Source: Myxococcota bacterium | GTDB taxonomy: Bacteria; Myxococcota_A; SURF-8 | Length of the DNA stretch: 64,000 nt | Assembly: GCA_963674735.2 (NCBI GenBank) | Contig: CAXXQS010000002.1 | Coordinates: forward strand, 1,344,001-1,408,000 | Direction of reading: 5' to 3' | Shown here: positions 39,595 through 47,832 of the stretch, one piece after another | Numbering within the stretch: position 1 is the stretch's first letter | Layout of the letters: every line of letters starts with the position of its first letter | Program-made: the position numbers and the translations under genes | Notes under the pieces: model-generated | What the model saw: only the letters and a program-made list of their open reading frames with translations | Database searches by the model: none | What the model was told of the DNA's origin: nothing

Positions 39595-40041
39595 ATGTTT
39601 AAGCGCCACAAAGGGTTTACGCTGATCGAGATCATGATCGTGGCGGCGATCGTGGCTATTTTGGCGTCTGTCGCTTATCCCGTCTACACCAATCGCGTAG
39701 CCAAGAGCCGTCAAGTCGTGGCCAAGGCGGCTCTGGAGGCGGCGCGGCTTGCGATGGAGAATTACCGAGCGAAAACGGGATATTACATGCCGATCAACAA
39801 CGAGCTGACTCAGCTTCCCGGATATGACCCGGGGATCTGGAAAACCTCCGATCAGCGTGCCATTTACGAGTTGACCATCACGCAACCCACCACCAATCGC
39901 AACAGCAATTACTTTCTGGTCACGGCTGTTTGCGACCCGGATGGCACCCCGCCGTGCAATATCGACAGCGATCCGGCCGTGGATGAATGGACCATCGATT
40001 CAACGGGAACGATGCGAAATATTCAGAATGATGTCGATTAA
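39595..40041 (+). CDS. pilE: type IV pilin, PilE-like
   Basis: KG|FTLIEIMIV prepilin site, AYP.Y...V.KSR...AKAAL, C-terminal NIDSDPAVDEWTI. Confidence 0.75.
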   Translation: MFKRHKGFTLIEIMIVAAIVAILASVAYPVYTNRVAKSRQVVAKAALEAARLAMENYRAKTGYYMPINNELTQLPGYDPGIWKTSDQRAIYELTITQPTTNRNSNYFLVTAVCDPDGTPPCNIDSDPAVDEWTIDSTGTMRNIQNDVD

Positions 40042-40261
40042 AGCGCGGGTGGCCGGCTCGATTTCATCACCTTTTTGCGGATCCTATGCAATCATTGCGT
40101 AATTCCATTATAATGGGCGTGCATATTCGGCTCTCGGGTGTTTCCGGTCGCTAAACGGCTGGTTGGCTAACACACCTAAGTACCTGCTTTCTATTGGAAT
40201 CTTCCATTCCTCGCATTGTCTTATGAACCCCGAAACATTCCTTCCTTTTTCCCTAAAACGT

Positions 40262-40270
40262 TGGTATAAT
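40262..40270 (+). promoter_or_regulatory. extended -10 promoter of minor pilin operon
   Basis: TGGTATAAT 54 nt upstream of fimU start. Confidence 0.55.
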
Positions 40271-40323
40271 ACTTGCTTAGTTAAATCATGGGCGTGTAAT
40301 GTGCGCGCTCCAGAGGAGAAACG

Positions 40324-40851
40324 ATGGCGCACGAAACGAAACAAGCCAGGGGATTTACGTTGCTTGAGGTCATGATTGTCGCGGCGATCGTGGCTGTTAC
40401 GGCCTCGGTCTCGCTGGCATTCTTTGGGTCGCGGCCTGCACGGGTCTACACCGACACGGCCGCCAAGCAGTTTTACACGATGCTCCAAGATGCTCGTGGC
40501 GAAGCCATTCGTAGCTCGCGCAACGTGATCGTTCAGGCCAACGGTCTTCGCTACATTTCCGTTTGGCGGGATGAGAGCGGAGACGGGACGGTCAACGAGT
40601 CTCGGGAGTTCATGCGCGGCGAACTCAAGTTGACCGGCGAAGTGCTGATGTCGGAAGAGTTCACGTCGGTTTTCTACAATCATCGTGGTTATCTGACCGA
40701 GTTGAACGGGAGTCCGGCCAACCGCACCGTGATCTTCTGTGTGGCCGATCCCAACGACGGCAACAGGTGCTTGGCTGAGGGACGGACGGCAACCATCGAA
40801 ATCAGTGCATTGGGCTTGCCCAGTTTGCAATATGGCGTGTTTTCGGAGTGA
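40324..40851 (+). CDS. fimU: minor pilin FimU/FimT (GspH-like)
   Basis: RG|FTLLEVMIV, LQDARGEAI...RNV, VFYNHRG; first gene of cluster. Confidence 0.85.
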   Translation: MAHETKQARGFTLLEVMIVAAIVAVTASVSLAFFGSRPARVYTDTAAKQFYTMLQDARGEAIRSSRNVIVQANGLRYISVWRDESGDGTVNESREFMRGELKLTGEVLMSEEFTSVFYNHRGYLTELNGSPANRTVIFCVADPNDGNRCLAEGRTATIEISALGLPSLQYGVFSE

Positions 40852-40859
40852 GGCGCTTA

Positions 40860-41387
40860 ATGAAAAGACTGACAGCCAATAGTTCCGAGGGAGGCTTCAC
40901 CATATTCGAGGTTTTGGTGAGTGTCGTTTTGCTGGGTATCGGCGTTGTGGCGTTGGCTTCCCTGCAGATCATCGGCATGCGCGGCAATGTCGCCGCTGAA
41001 GACCGCACCAAGGCGATGTCGGTGGCGACGGCCAAGCTGAGTGAAATCTCGAGTTATACGTTTTTTCAAAATATGAACACCGGCGAAGTAGTTGCCGATG
41101 CGCGGCTGACGGCTGCGGGGCGCATTTGCCAGGAAGTCAATCAGAGTTGCCTGACGCGCGAGGAAATCCGAACCCGTGCCGGCCTGGCTGAAGGTGCGGC
41201 GTTGGATGACGAGCAGTTTCGCTACACGCTCTGCTGGACCATCACCGACCAAGGTGATCTTACCCAGCCGGGATCGTTTAAGCAGATTACCATCGATGTT
41301 TCCTGGTCAGACCGGGCGTCGAAGGGCGGTGATGATGTCGTGTCGATCAGTTTGACCGGCTTGCCGTTAACCGCGAAATACATGTAG
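40860..41387 (+). CDS. pilV: minor pilin PilV
   Basis: GG|FTIFEVLVSVVLLGIG..ALASLQ, KQITIDVSW. Confidence 0.88.
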   Translation: MKRLTANSSEGGFTIFEVLVSVVLLGIGVVALASLQIIGMRGNVAAEDRTKAMSVATAKLSEISSYTFFQNMNTGEVVADARLTAAGRICQEVNQSCLTREEIRTRAGLAEGAALDDEQFRYTLCWTITDQGDLTQPGSFKQITIDVSWSDRASKGGDDVVSISLTGLPLTAKYM

Positions 41388-41395
41388 GGGGATGC

Positions 41396-42481
41396 ATGCG
41401 TAAACGGCTGACACAATCGAATCAAGGTTTTACACTGGTCGAGTTGATGATCGCGATGATGCTATCCAGTGTCGTGATCGGGGCGGGCTTCGCTTTGTTT
41501 ATCAACTCCAACCGTATCCACCATTCCTCCACCCAGACCAGCATGGTCCAGCAGGTCGCACGGGCGGCCTTGGAGATGATGTCCAACGAGTTGCTGATGG
41601 CGGGCTTTGGAACGGTGGATCCGTTTATCGTGCGGTACGATTACGCCGGGAACGCCAGCCAGGAAGACGAAATGGCATTTCCGTCCGGAACCGTCAACAG
41701 TACGACCGGTCCGGATCGGATGCAGTTTCAGGTGTCCTTGGGCGGCATGTCCATCATGGCGGAAAACCTCAGCAAAGATCAACTCAACGATGTGGCGGTC
41801 AAACTGCTGGATAGCCAGGGAGTCGATCTGCTGAAAGTCGGTGATCCGGTGGTGTTTTTCAACCTCGACCGTTTGCGGATGGGCAGCGGCACCTTGGGTG
41901 ATCTGGATGCCGAGGACAAGACCTTCAAGCTCAGCGGTGAAGTGCAGATGGGCACGAATGATGCCGAGGTTACCAGTTTCGAGCCGGGAACGTTGATTGT
42001 GCGTCGCCCGGTGTTTGTGACCTATGCGCTCGACGGAACCAACCTGCTGCGCTGTGTCCGTAACGAGCGCGAATCGGGGACACCCTGCGATATGGCCAAT
42101 CTTTCCGAGGATGTGGACCCCGATACCCAGGAAACCACGTTCGTATTGGCGCGTGGTCTGAAAGATCTCCAGCTCAGCTATCTGCTTGAGGATGCCATTA
42201 CGTCCGCTTCTCCGCAGGGTGGCGATTTCGTGCCGATCCGCGGTGGCGAGGCGTTGCCGGACGGTTGGCGACATCGTATTCGGGCAGTCAAGATCGAGCT
42301 GTTGGTACAGAGCAAAGAGCCGGATCCCATGGTCACCAACTGCGCCATGGCCAAACGGAAATACTACATCGGCGATCGGATCGTGAATGTGGAAGAAAGC
42401 GGTGAGTGTGAACTCAGCCACGTACACATTTCCACGGTCGTGCATTTGCCGAATATGTTTACTTATTTCTCGGGTGTTTGA
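41396..42481 (+). CDS. pilW: minor pilin PilW
   Basis: QG|FTLVELMIAM, ELLMAGF, LARGLKDLQLSY, IRAVKIEL. Confidence 0.9.
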   Translation: MRKRLTQSNQGFTLVELMIAMMLSSVVIGAGFALFINSNRIHHSSTQTSMVQQVARAALEMMSNELLMAGFGTVDPFIVRYDYAGNASQEDEMAFPSGTVNSTTGPDRMQFQVSLGGMSIMAENLSKDQLNDVAVKLLDSQGVDLLKVGDPVVFFNLDRLRMGSGTLGDLDAEDKTFKLSGEVQMGTNDAEVTSFEPGTLIVRRPVFVTYALDGTNLLRCVRNERESGTPCDMANLSEDVDPDTQETTFVLARGLKDLQLSYLLEDAITSASPQGGDFVPIRGGEALPDGWRHRIRAVKIELLVQSKEPDPMVTNCAMAKRKYYIGDRIVNVEESGECELSHVHISTVVHLPNMFTYFSGV

Positions 42482-42496
42482 CGGGAGGATGGACGT

Positions 42497-43021
42497 ATGA
42501 CGACTCAAATGAAAATCCAGTCTCCGGCCCGCTTGATTGAAAACACCCGAGGCTTGACCTTGCTGGTGTCTTTGATTCTTTTGGTTGTGATGTCGCTGGT
42601 GGGTGTGGTGGCCGTCAACATGGCGGTGCAGGAGGGCAAGATCGCCGTAAACTTTCAGGATTCTATGCGGGATCTGACGTTTGCGGAAGGGGGCATCGAG
42701 CGGGCTCGCCAAGTGATTATGGCGTCGCCCAACCCGGAACTGCCGGGCTACGATTGCACCTCGGACGACAATACGCACTACTTCCCCGATGGCGCTCAGG
42801 CGACTGAAACACGCGCGCGGTTTTGTATCGAGCTGATAACGGTCGACATCAAGGGTTTGAGTGAAGGCCGTGGTTCCGGGCAAGATCAAGGGGTGAAGAC
42901 CATCACCTACACGTATAAGGTCGATTCTGCCGTGGTGCGCGAAAATGAGGTGGATAGCACTCAGGAAATTGTGTTGCGGCAGATTCAGACTCTCGAACAA
43001 CAGACCCGTTTCTCCATTTAG
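42497..43021 (+). CDS. pilX: minor pilin PilX
   Basis: RG|LTLLVSLILL lacking Glu5, E.KIA.N, AEGGIE. Confidence 0.88.
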   Translation: MTTQMKIQSPARLIENTRGLTLLVSLILLVVMSLVGVVAVNMAVQEGKIAVNFQDSMRDLTFAEGGIERARQVIMASPNPELPGYDCTSDDNTHYFPDGAQATETRARFCIELITVDIKGLSEGRGSGQDQGVKTITYTYKVDSAVVRENEVDSTQEIVLRQIQTLEQQTRFSI

Positions 43022-43031
43022 GGAGATTACG

Positions 43032-46000
43032 ATGAGAAAACGTTTCGTTATTTTAGTCACTCTCGCTTTTGCCTTTTGGGCCATGGCTTCCGTCGCTTCC
43101 GCGCAGGTGGAGCGTAGCGATGTCTCTCTGGACGGCAGCGAGTATTATTTCACCCTTGATGGATTGGACGGCGGTGTCGCCGACCGGTGTGGCGGGGAAT
43201 ATTCCGGGACGGCTTCCGCCGGCGAGGTGGGGGTCAGCCTTTATCTCAATCCGGATAAAAAACTCAACATGCACGGTTCCATCCAGCCGAACTACGACGA
43301 TGGCCGTCCCGATCTGGATGTGACGTCGGCTCGGCGCGGGTCACCGATTTGCGTGCGCGGGGAACAGGTTTACACGGTCGTGAGCCGCTCCTCCGGCAGT
43401 TCGGGCCTCACGATTCCCGGCATGACGAACATGATGATCGGGATGCGTTTTGATGAGCTGTGCAATCAGGGAGACGATGCCTTGTGTCAGTGGAGTTCGG
43501 CTTTTGCGGAAGGCCGTCTCGACACCATCAGCTTCGATAGTATCGCCGATCTGCGCGGTCTCAGCCAAACCGAGAAAGATGCCGTGGGAACGCGGTTCCC
43601 CGGCGATATCGGGCGGCGGATGAAATACCTGGTGCTGTCGCCTTTGTTTTCAAATCCCAGTATGGGACGTTACGACGATCTTATCCAGTCGCGTCATCAG
43701 ATCTGGACCGACACGGGTAATCCGAGCACGGAAGACATTATTACGATCACCCAATATGTTTATTCCCCAAACAATAAGCCTTATTTCGATGTTACCTGGG
43801 AAATCCAGCCGCTGAATCTCGATTTCGAGGATGTCACGTTTTGGGTAGCGGCAGATACGTTTACCGCCGGAAACGACTTCGGGTACGGTTATCTGTGCAA
43901 CCTGCAATACGACAACGAAACCGATGGGACGACGGATGACGATTGGAACAGCGCCACCATTTCCGGTGGTACGGGCGGTTCGTCGTTTTTCCAGGGTATG
44001 ATCGGTCTGCATCCGTCGGCGAAGCAGTTCGAAGGCTGGTGGGCCGCCGTATTCGAGTTGATCCGCAAGAACGCTTTTCCCACCTTCGACGCGTCCAATC
44101 CCCTCAAACCCGTGTTGATGGATAGTGACAGCAATTCGGTATTCGAGCTGGAGCCGTCGGTTGCGTTGACGACGCTTGACGACAACGGGATTGCGCACGA
44201 ATGGAACGAATTGACGCTGTCTGCCGACAAGCCGACATTCATCTCGATGCGGTGGACCTTCGACGATCCGATTCAGCGTTCCAGTTATGGAACGACGCGG
44301 TCGTTGTTTGTCGTATCCAGTGATGATAAGTCCGTCGCCAACCTGGCGGATTCGAATCTGACCGACCGCATCGAACCGATGGTTTTCGATATCAATTTCG
44401 ATCCCAACCACTGGCGTGGCAATGTCAATGGTTTCCACATGCCGAAGCCCTGCAACAGCAACGAAGAGTGCAAGTTGGGTGATTTGGCTCTGTCTTGCCT
44501 GGATTCGCCGGAGTGCGAGGATCAGGCCGGATGTCCCAAGTATTGCGCAATGGGGTATTGCGATGCGAACGGCGATTGCTCCGATGCCAACAACAACTGT
44601 GTTTTCAACTTCTGCACTCCCGGAACCAAGTGGTATGCGGATGGCCGTGGTGAAGACTGGCAAACCGAAAAGATGACGTCCGATCAATGGCAGGATCGCG
44701 TGTTGTTCACTTACGATACGGATGGCACTTTTTATCGGATCAATAGCAGCTTCAAATCCCACTTTGCCCGCGCCTTGCACGATGCGGGCGTTGCCGGTTT
44801 CGAGGGGGACGTAAGCAATGTCAGCGATCCCCTGTACGATTCGATGCTCGAGCGAGCGGAGGACGTTCTGGATTGGACGCTGGGAAGCCTGAACTACGCG
44901 ACGGAAGAGGGCAAGCAAGCTGATACGCGCAAAGTTGTGCACTCCAATGAATCGCACGATTTCGATCTTCACAATCCGTTGAATTTGGATGCGCTTCAAA
45001 ACGATCCCCGATCGTTTATCGTCATGTTGCGTGAACGTTACGACAACGACGATCTAAGCAACCGTTGGCTTCTCGGTGACATCGCGCACGCCGATCCCGT
45101 TTACCTGGGTGCGACTCCGGTGAACAGTTGGGCCGATGTGGGACCGTCCCCGACTTACAGCGAATGGGTGTCGGACAAGGACAGTGGCTACATGGATCGT
45201 GCGCCGGTTTTGCTGGTGGCGGCCAACGATGGCATCCTCCATTGCTTCGATGCGATGACCGGCCAAGAGGTCTGGGGCTTCGTTCCGTGGGATGGCCTCC
45301 CCAATTTAATGGAACTTTCCAAGCCGTTTTATGAGCAGGTGCGTTCTCCCACGATGGACCTCAAGCCGGTCGTGCACGATGCCTACGATTCGGTGGGTGG
45401 CAAGGGTTGGCGCAGCGTTCTCATGGTCGGCAGCCGTGGGGGCGGTACGCATTACTGGGCGATGGATATTACGCCGAAAAACGGTCACTTGGCTCCCTCC
45501 AATCCGGATGAAGCCGCCAGCTGGGTGGGTCATCTCGATTTCATGTGGTACTTCACCGATGACGATTTGGGTTTGACCTATTCCGTGCCGACTTCAGGGC
45601 GCTTCCGTTATTGCTCCGGTTGCAGCTTCAACGACGATGTCGATTCGCGTTGGTTGACTTTTATCGGGTCGGGCTATGCGGAGAATTCCGCCGAACAGAT
45701 GAACAAGCAGGGATATTTTTACGCCCTCGACATGTTCGATGTCGAACCTTCCGGGGTGCGAAAAAATCAGCCGAAGATGGTGTCGAAAGTTCGCATTTCC
45801 AGTCAGGAAAACAATCTGCTTGGCTTGGATGCTTCCAACGGGGAAGAATTCCTTTTGGGTAATGTGATGACCTCGGCCACCGTGGCGGATGCCTGGGGTT
45901 GGGGTGAGGACGCTTCGACCAATTTCCCGGTTCAGGCGGGGGAATCTGTCGAACAGGATGGGTATGAGGATACCATCTACATTGGTGACTTGGTCGGCAA

Positions 46001-47171
46001 CCTGATTCGATTCCGAGTCAAACCGGCTATTTATGGCGCCGACCCGGAAGAAAACACCAACATCGTGGGTCAGGTTATCTTCAAGACCTGGCAATCTCCG
46101 AAAAGCAGTTCTGAAAGCTACACACTGTCTGAATATAAACAGACGGTCCTCAATCCGCGTCTGATCGCCGCCAGTGCGGCCAGTGGGTCGGACTTGGATG
46201 ATCAGACTTATGATTTCTACAAATATCCGCGGCCGATTACCGCCCGCCCGGTTGTCTGGCGAACCGAGAAGACCGGGGCCAATCGAACGGACTTCATGGG
46301 AAATACGGATAACCTGGGCCAAATCATGGTGATGTTCGGTTCGGGCAAGTACGATGCTTTCTACGACAGTTTCGATGCTTTTTTACATAACCCGAACGAC
46401 CCGAACTGTGCGACCGTCGAGCAGAATATCGGCTATTCAAGCGCGTGTGTGCGTGATTATCAGCAGATGTTTGCCGTGGTGGACCATCAGGAAGAGTCCG
46501 GAGCTGGATCGGTGGTGCCATGGTCGGACCTCATCGAAAACCAAGTGACCGATGAGCAACTGAGTGCAGGCGATGTCGATTCGGAGACGGCCGGAAGTGG
46601 TGCCGAGATCTGGGTGCGCTCGGTTACACCGGTGGTCGACCCCGAAACCCGCTCCGACAGGCGAGGTTGGTACATTACGTTCAATTCGCGAAATGCAGAT
46701 GGCAGCGAAATTACTCAAAACCGCGGCGAGAAGGTTATTACCGAGCCGGCGGTTGTGGAGCAGGAAAACTTGTTCCGTTCGACCTCGGAAACGGCCCAGC
46801 GTGAATGGGTGGCGTTTTTCACCACCTTTACTCCGAATATGCAGGGTACGTGCGATATCCGTGCGGTGGACGACCCGAATGCCGGTGGTGGTTTCTTGAT
46901 GACGGTTTCGGCGGAATGGGGTGGCAATCCCAGTTTTGCCGTACAGGATGTCACCGGCAATCAGCGTCTGACTTCCAAAGATACTACGTCGGGGCAAGGG
47001 TATGCCGGACGTAAGTACAGCGGGTCGATTTTGTCGAAGGTGATGGTCGATCCTTACAGCAAGGCTGTCTACGTCAAAACCGGTCCCGAAGACGCCGTGA
47101 TGCGTATCCAAACGGCGGGGCTGCCGTATCTGCATGAAGCGAAAACCATGTTCTATCGCGTGGTGCGATAG
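43032..47171 (+). CDS. pilY1: PilY1/PilC-type pilus tip adhesin
   Basis: Signal peptide; LLGDIAHADP, AANDGILHCFDAMTGQEVWGFVP, LGLTYSVP, YIGDLVGN, FGSGKY propeller motifs; follows pilX. Confidence 0.92.
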   Translation: MRKRFVILVTLAFAFWAMASVASAQVERSDVSLDGSEYYFTLDGLDGGVADRCGGEYSGTASAGEVGVSLYLNPDKKLNMHGSIQPNYDDGRPDLDVTSARRGSPICVRGEQVYTVVSRSSGSSGLTIPGMTNMMIGMRFDELCNQGDDALCQWSSAFAEGRLDTISFDSIADLRGLSQTEKDAVGTRFPGDIGRRMKYLVLSPLFSNPSMGRYDDLIQSRHQIWTDTGNPSTEDIITITQYVYSPNNKPYFDVTWEIQPLNLDFEDVTFWVAADTFTAGNDFGYGYLCNLQYDNETDGTTDDDWNSATISGGTGGSSFFQGMIGLHPSAKQFEGWWAAVFELIRKNAFPTFDASNPLKPVLMDSDSNSVFELEPSVALTTLDDNGIAHEWNELTLSADKPTFISMRWTFDDPIQRSSYGTTRSLFVVSSDDKSVANLADSNLTDRIEPMVFDINFDPNHWRGNVNGFHMPKPCNSNEECKLGDLALSCLDSPECEDQAGCPKYCAMGYCDANGDCSDANNNCVFNFCTPGTKWYADGRGEDWQTEKMTSDQWQDRVLFTYDTDGTFYRINSSFKSHFARALHDAGVAGFEGDVSNVSDPLYDSMLERAEDVLDWTLGSLNYATEEGKQADTRKVVHSNESHDFDLHNPLNLDALQNDPRSFIVMLRERYDNDDLSNRWLLGDIAHADPVYLGATPVNSWADVGPSPTYSEWVSDKDSGYMDRAPVLLVAANDGILHCFDAMTGQEVWGFVPWDGLPNLMELSKPFYEQVRSPTMDLKPVVHDAYDSVGGKGWRSVLMVGSRGGGTHYWAMDITPKNGHLAPSNPDEAASWVGHLDFMWYFTDDDLGLTYSVPTSGRFRYCSGCSFNDDVDSRWLTFIGSGYAENSAEQMNKQGYFYALDMFDVEPSGVRKNQPKMVSKVRISSQENNLLGLDASNGEEFLLGNVMTSATVADAWGWGEDASTNFPVQAGESVEQDGYEDTIYIGDLVGNLIRFRVKPAIYGADPEENTNIVGQVIFKTWQSPKSSSESYTLSEYKQTVLNPRLIAASAASGSDLDDQTYDFYKYPRPITARPVVWRTEKTGANRTDFMGNTDNLGQIMVMFGSGKYDAFYDSFDAFLHNPNDPNCATVEQNIGYSSACVRDYQQMFAVVDHQEESGAGSVVPWSDLIENQVTDEQLSAGDVDSETAGSGAEIWVRSVTPVVDPETRSDRRGWYITFNSRNADGSEITQNRGEKVITEPAVVEQENLFRSTSETAQREWVAFFTTFTPNMQGTCDIRAVDDPNAGGGFLMTVSAEWGGNPSFAVQDVTGNQRLTSKDTTSGQGYAGRKYSGSILSKVMVDPYSKAVYVKTGPEDAVMRIQTAGLPYLHEAKTMFYRVVR

Positions 47172-47186
47172 GAACGGAGCGTTAAA

Positions 47187-47705
47187 ATGAGCAAACAGCC
47201 GAATCCATTGAAAATTGCGGCCCGCCCGATCCGTTTCGGGTTGGTTTTGGCGATGGTTCTCCTGGTAGCCATGCCGTTGTTGGCCCAAGAATCGACTCGC
47301 GCGCCGTTGTACAAGGTCGGGAATCCGGCGTCGGTGGCTGCAACAGCCGACGCGAGTTCGACCGACTCCAAAGTAACGGGCGAGGTGGAATCGCTGAAGT
47401 CGTATGAAGGTGATGTGGTTTTTGCTCTGGTGGGATGGCCGGTGGTGATTCGCATTACCGATGATACCGTTTTTGTTTCCGAATCTCTGGCCGTTTCCAA
47501 GCTTTCGGCGGCCGATGTCTTGAAAAACCGCGCCGTAACGGTCGTGCTGCGCATGGACCCGGAGCGTGGTTACCTGGCCGACAGCATTACCATTCATGAT
47601 TATGCCAAGCTGCAGCAGGTGCGCCGCGAACGCGAAGATGATGATATTCGTTACATTTTGCGGCACAAAGACTTGGGTGGATTGGAAGTCGAGAAACGGA
47701 ACTGA
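47187..47705 (+). CDS. exported small beta-barrel (DUF5666/OB-fold-like) protein in pilY2 position
   Basis: Signal peptide ending LLA-Q; VTGEV..L....IRITDDTVF......L.....VTV pattern. Confidence 0.55.
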   Translation: MSKQPNPLKIAARPIRFGLVLAMVLLVAMPLLAQESTRAPLYKVGNPASVAATADASSTDSKVTGEVESLKSYEGDVVFALVGWPVVIRITDDTVFVSESLAVSKLSAADVLKNRAVTVVLRMDPERGYLADSITIHDYAKLQQVRREREDDDIRYILRHKDLGGLEVEKRN

Positions 47706-47832
47706 AAAGGTGGGAATTATGCGGATAGCCCGCACCATTAATAGTGACTGTCGTTATGCAGTAAGACGAACACCGTGCAGTGCGAAGAATGAAGCCGAGG
47801 GCCGCATGGCTGCAAGGCAGGGAGAAGGACCC

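Noticed and set aside
41462-43084. 540-aa - strand ORF (likewise 43650-44999 and 46437-47738)
   Set aside because: Antisense shadows of pilW/pilX/pilY1 in GC-rich DNA
47566-47832. Longer N-terminus for the Cys-rich lipoprotein (similarly 42945 for pilY1, 598 for PfpI, 11445 for SPOR)
   Set aside because: Overlaps the upstream gene or promoter; SD and signal peptide support the downstream ATG
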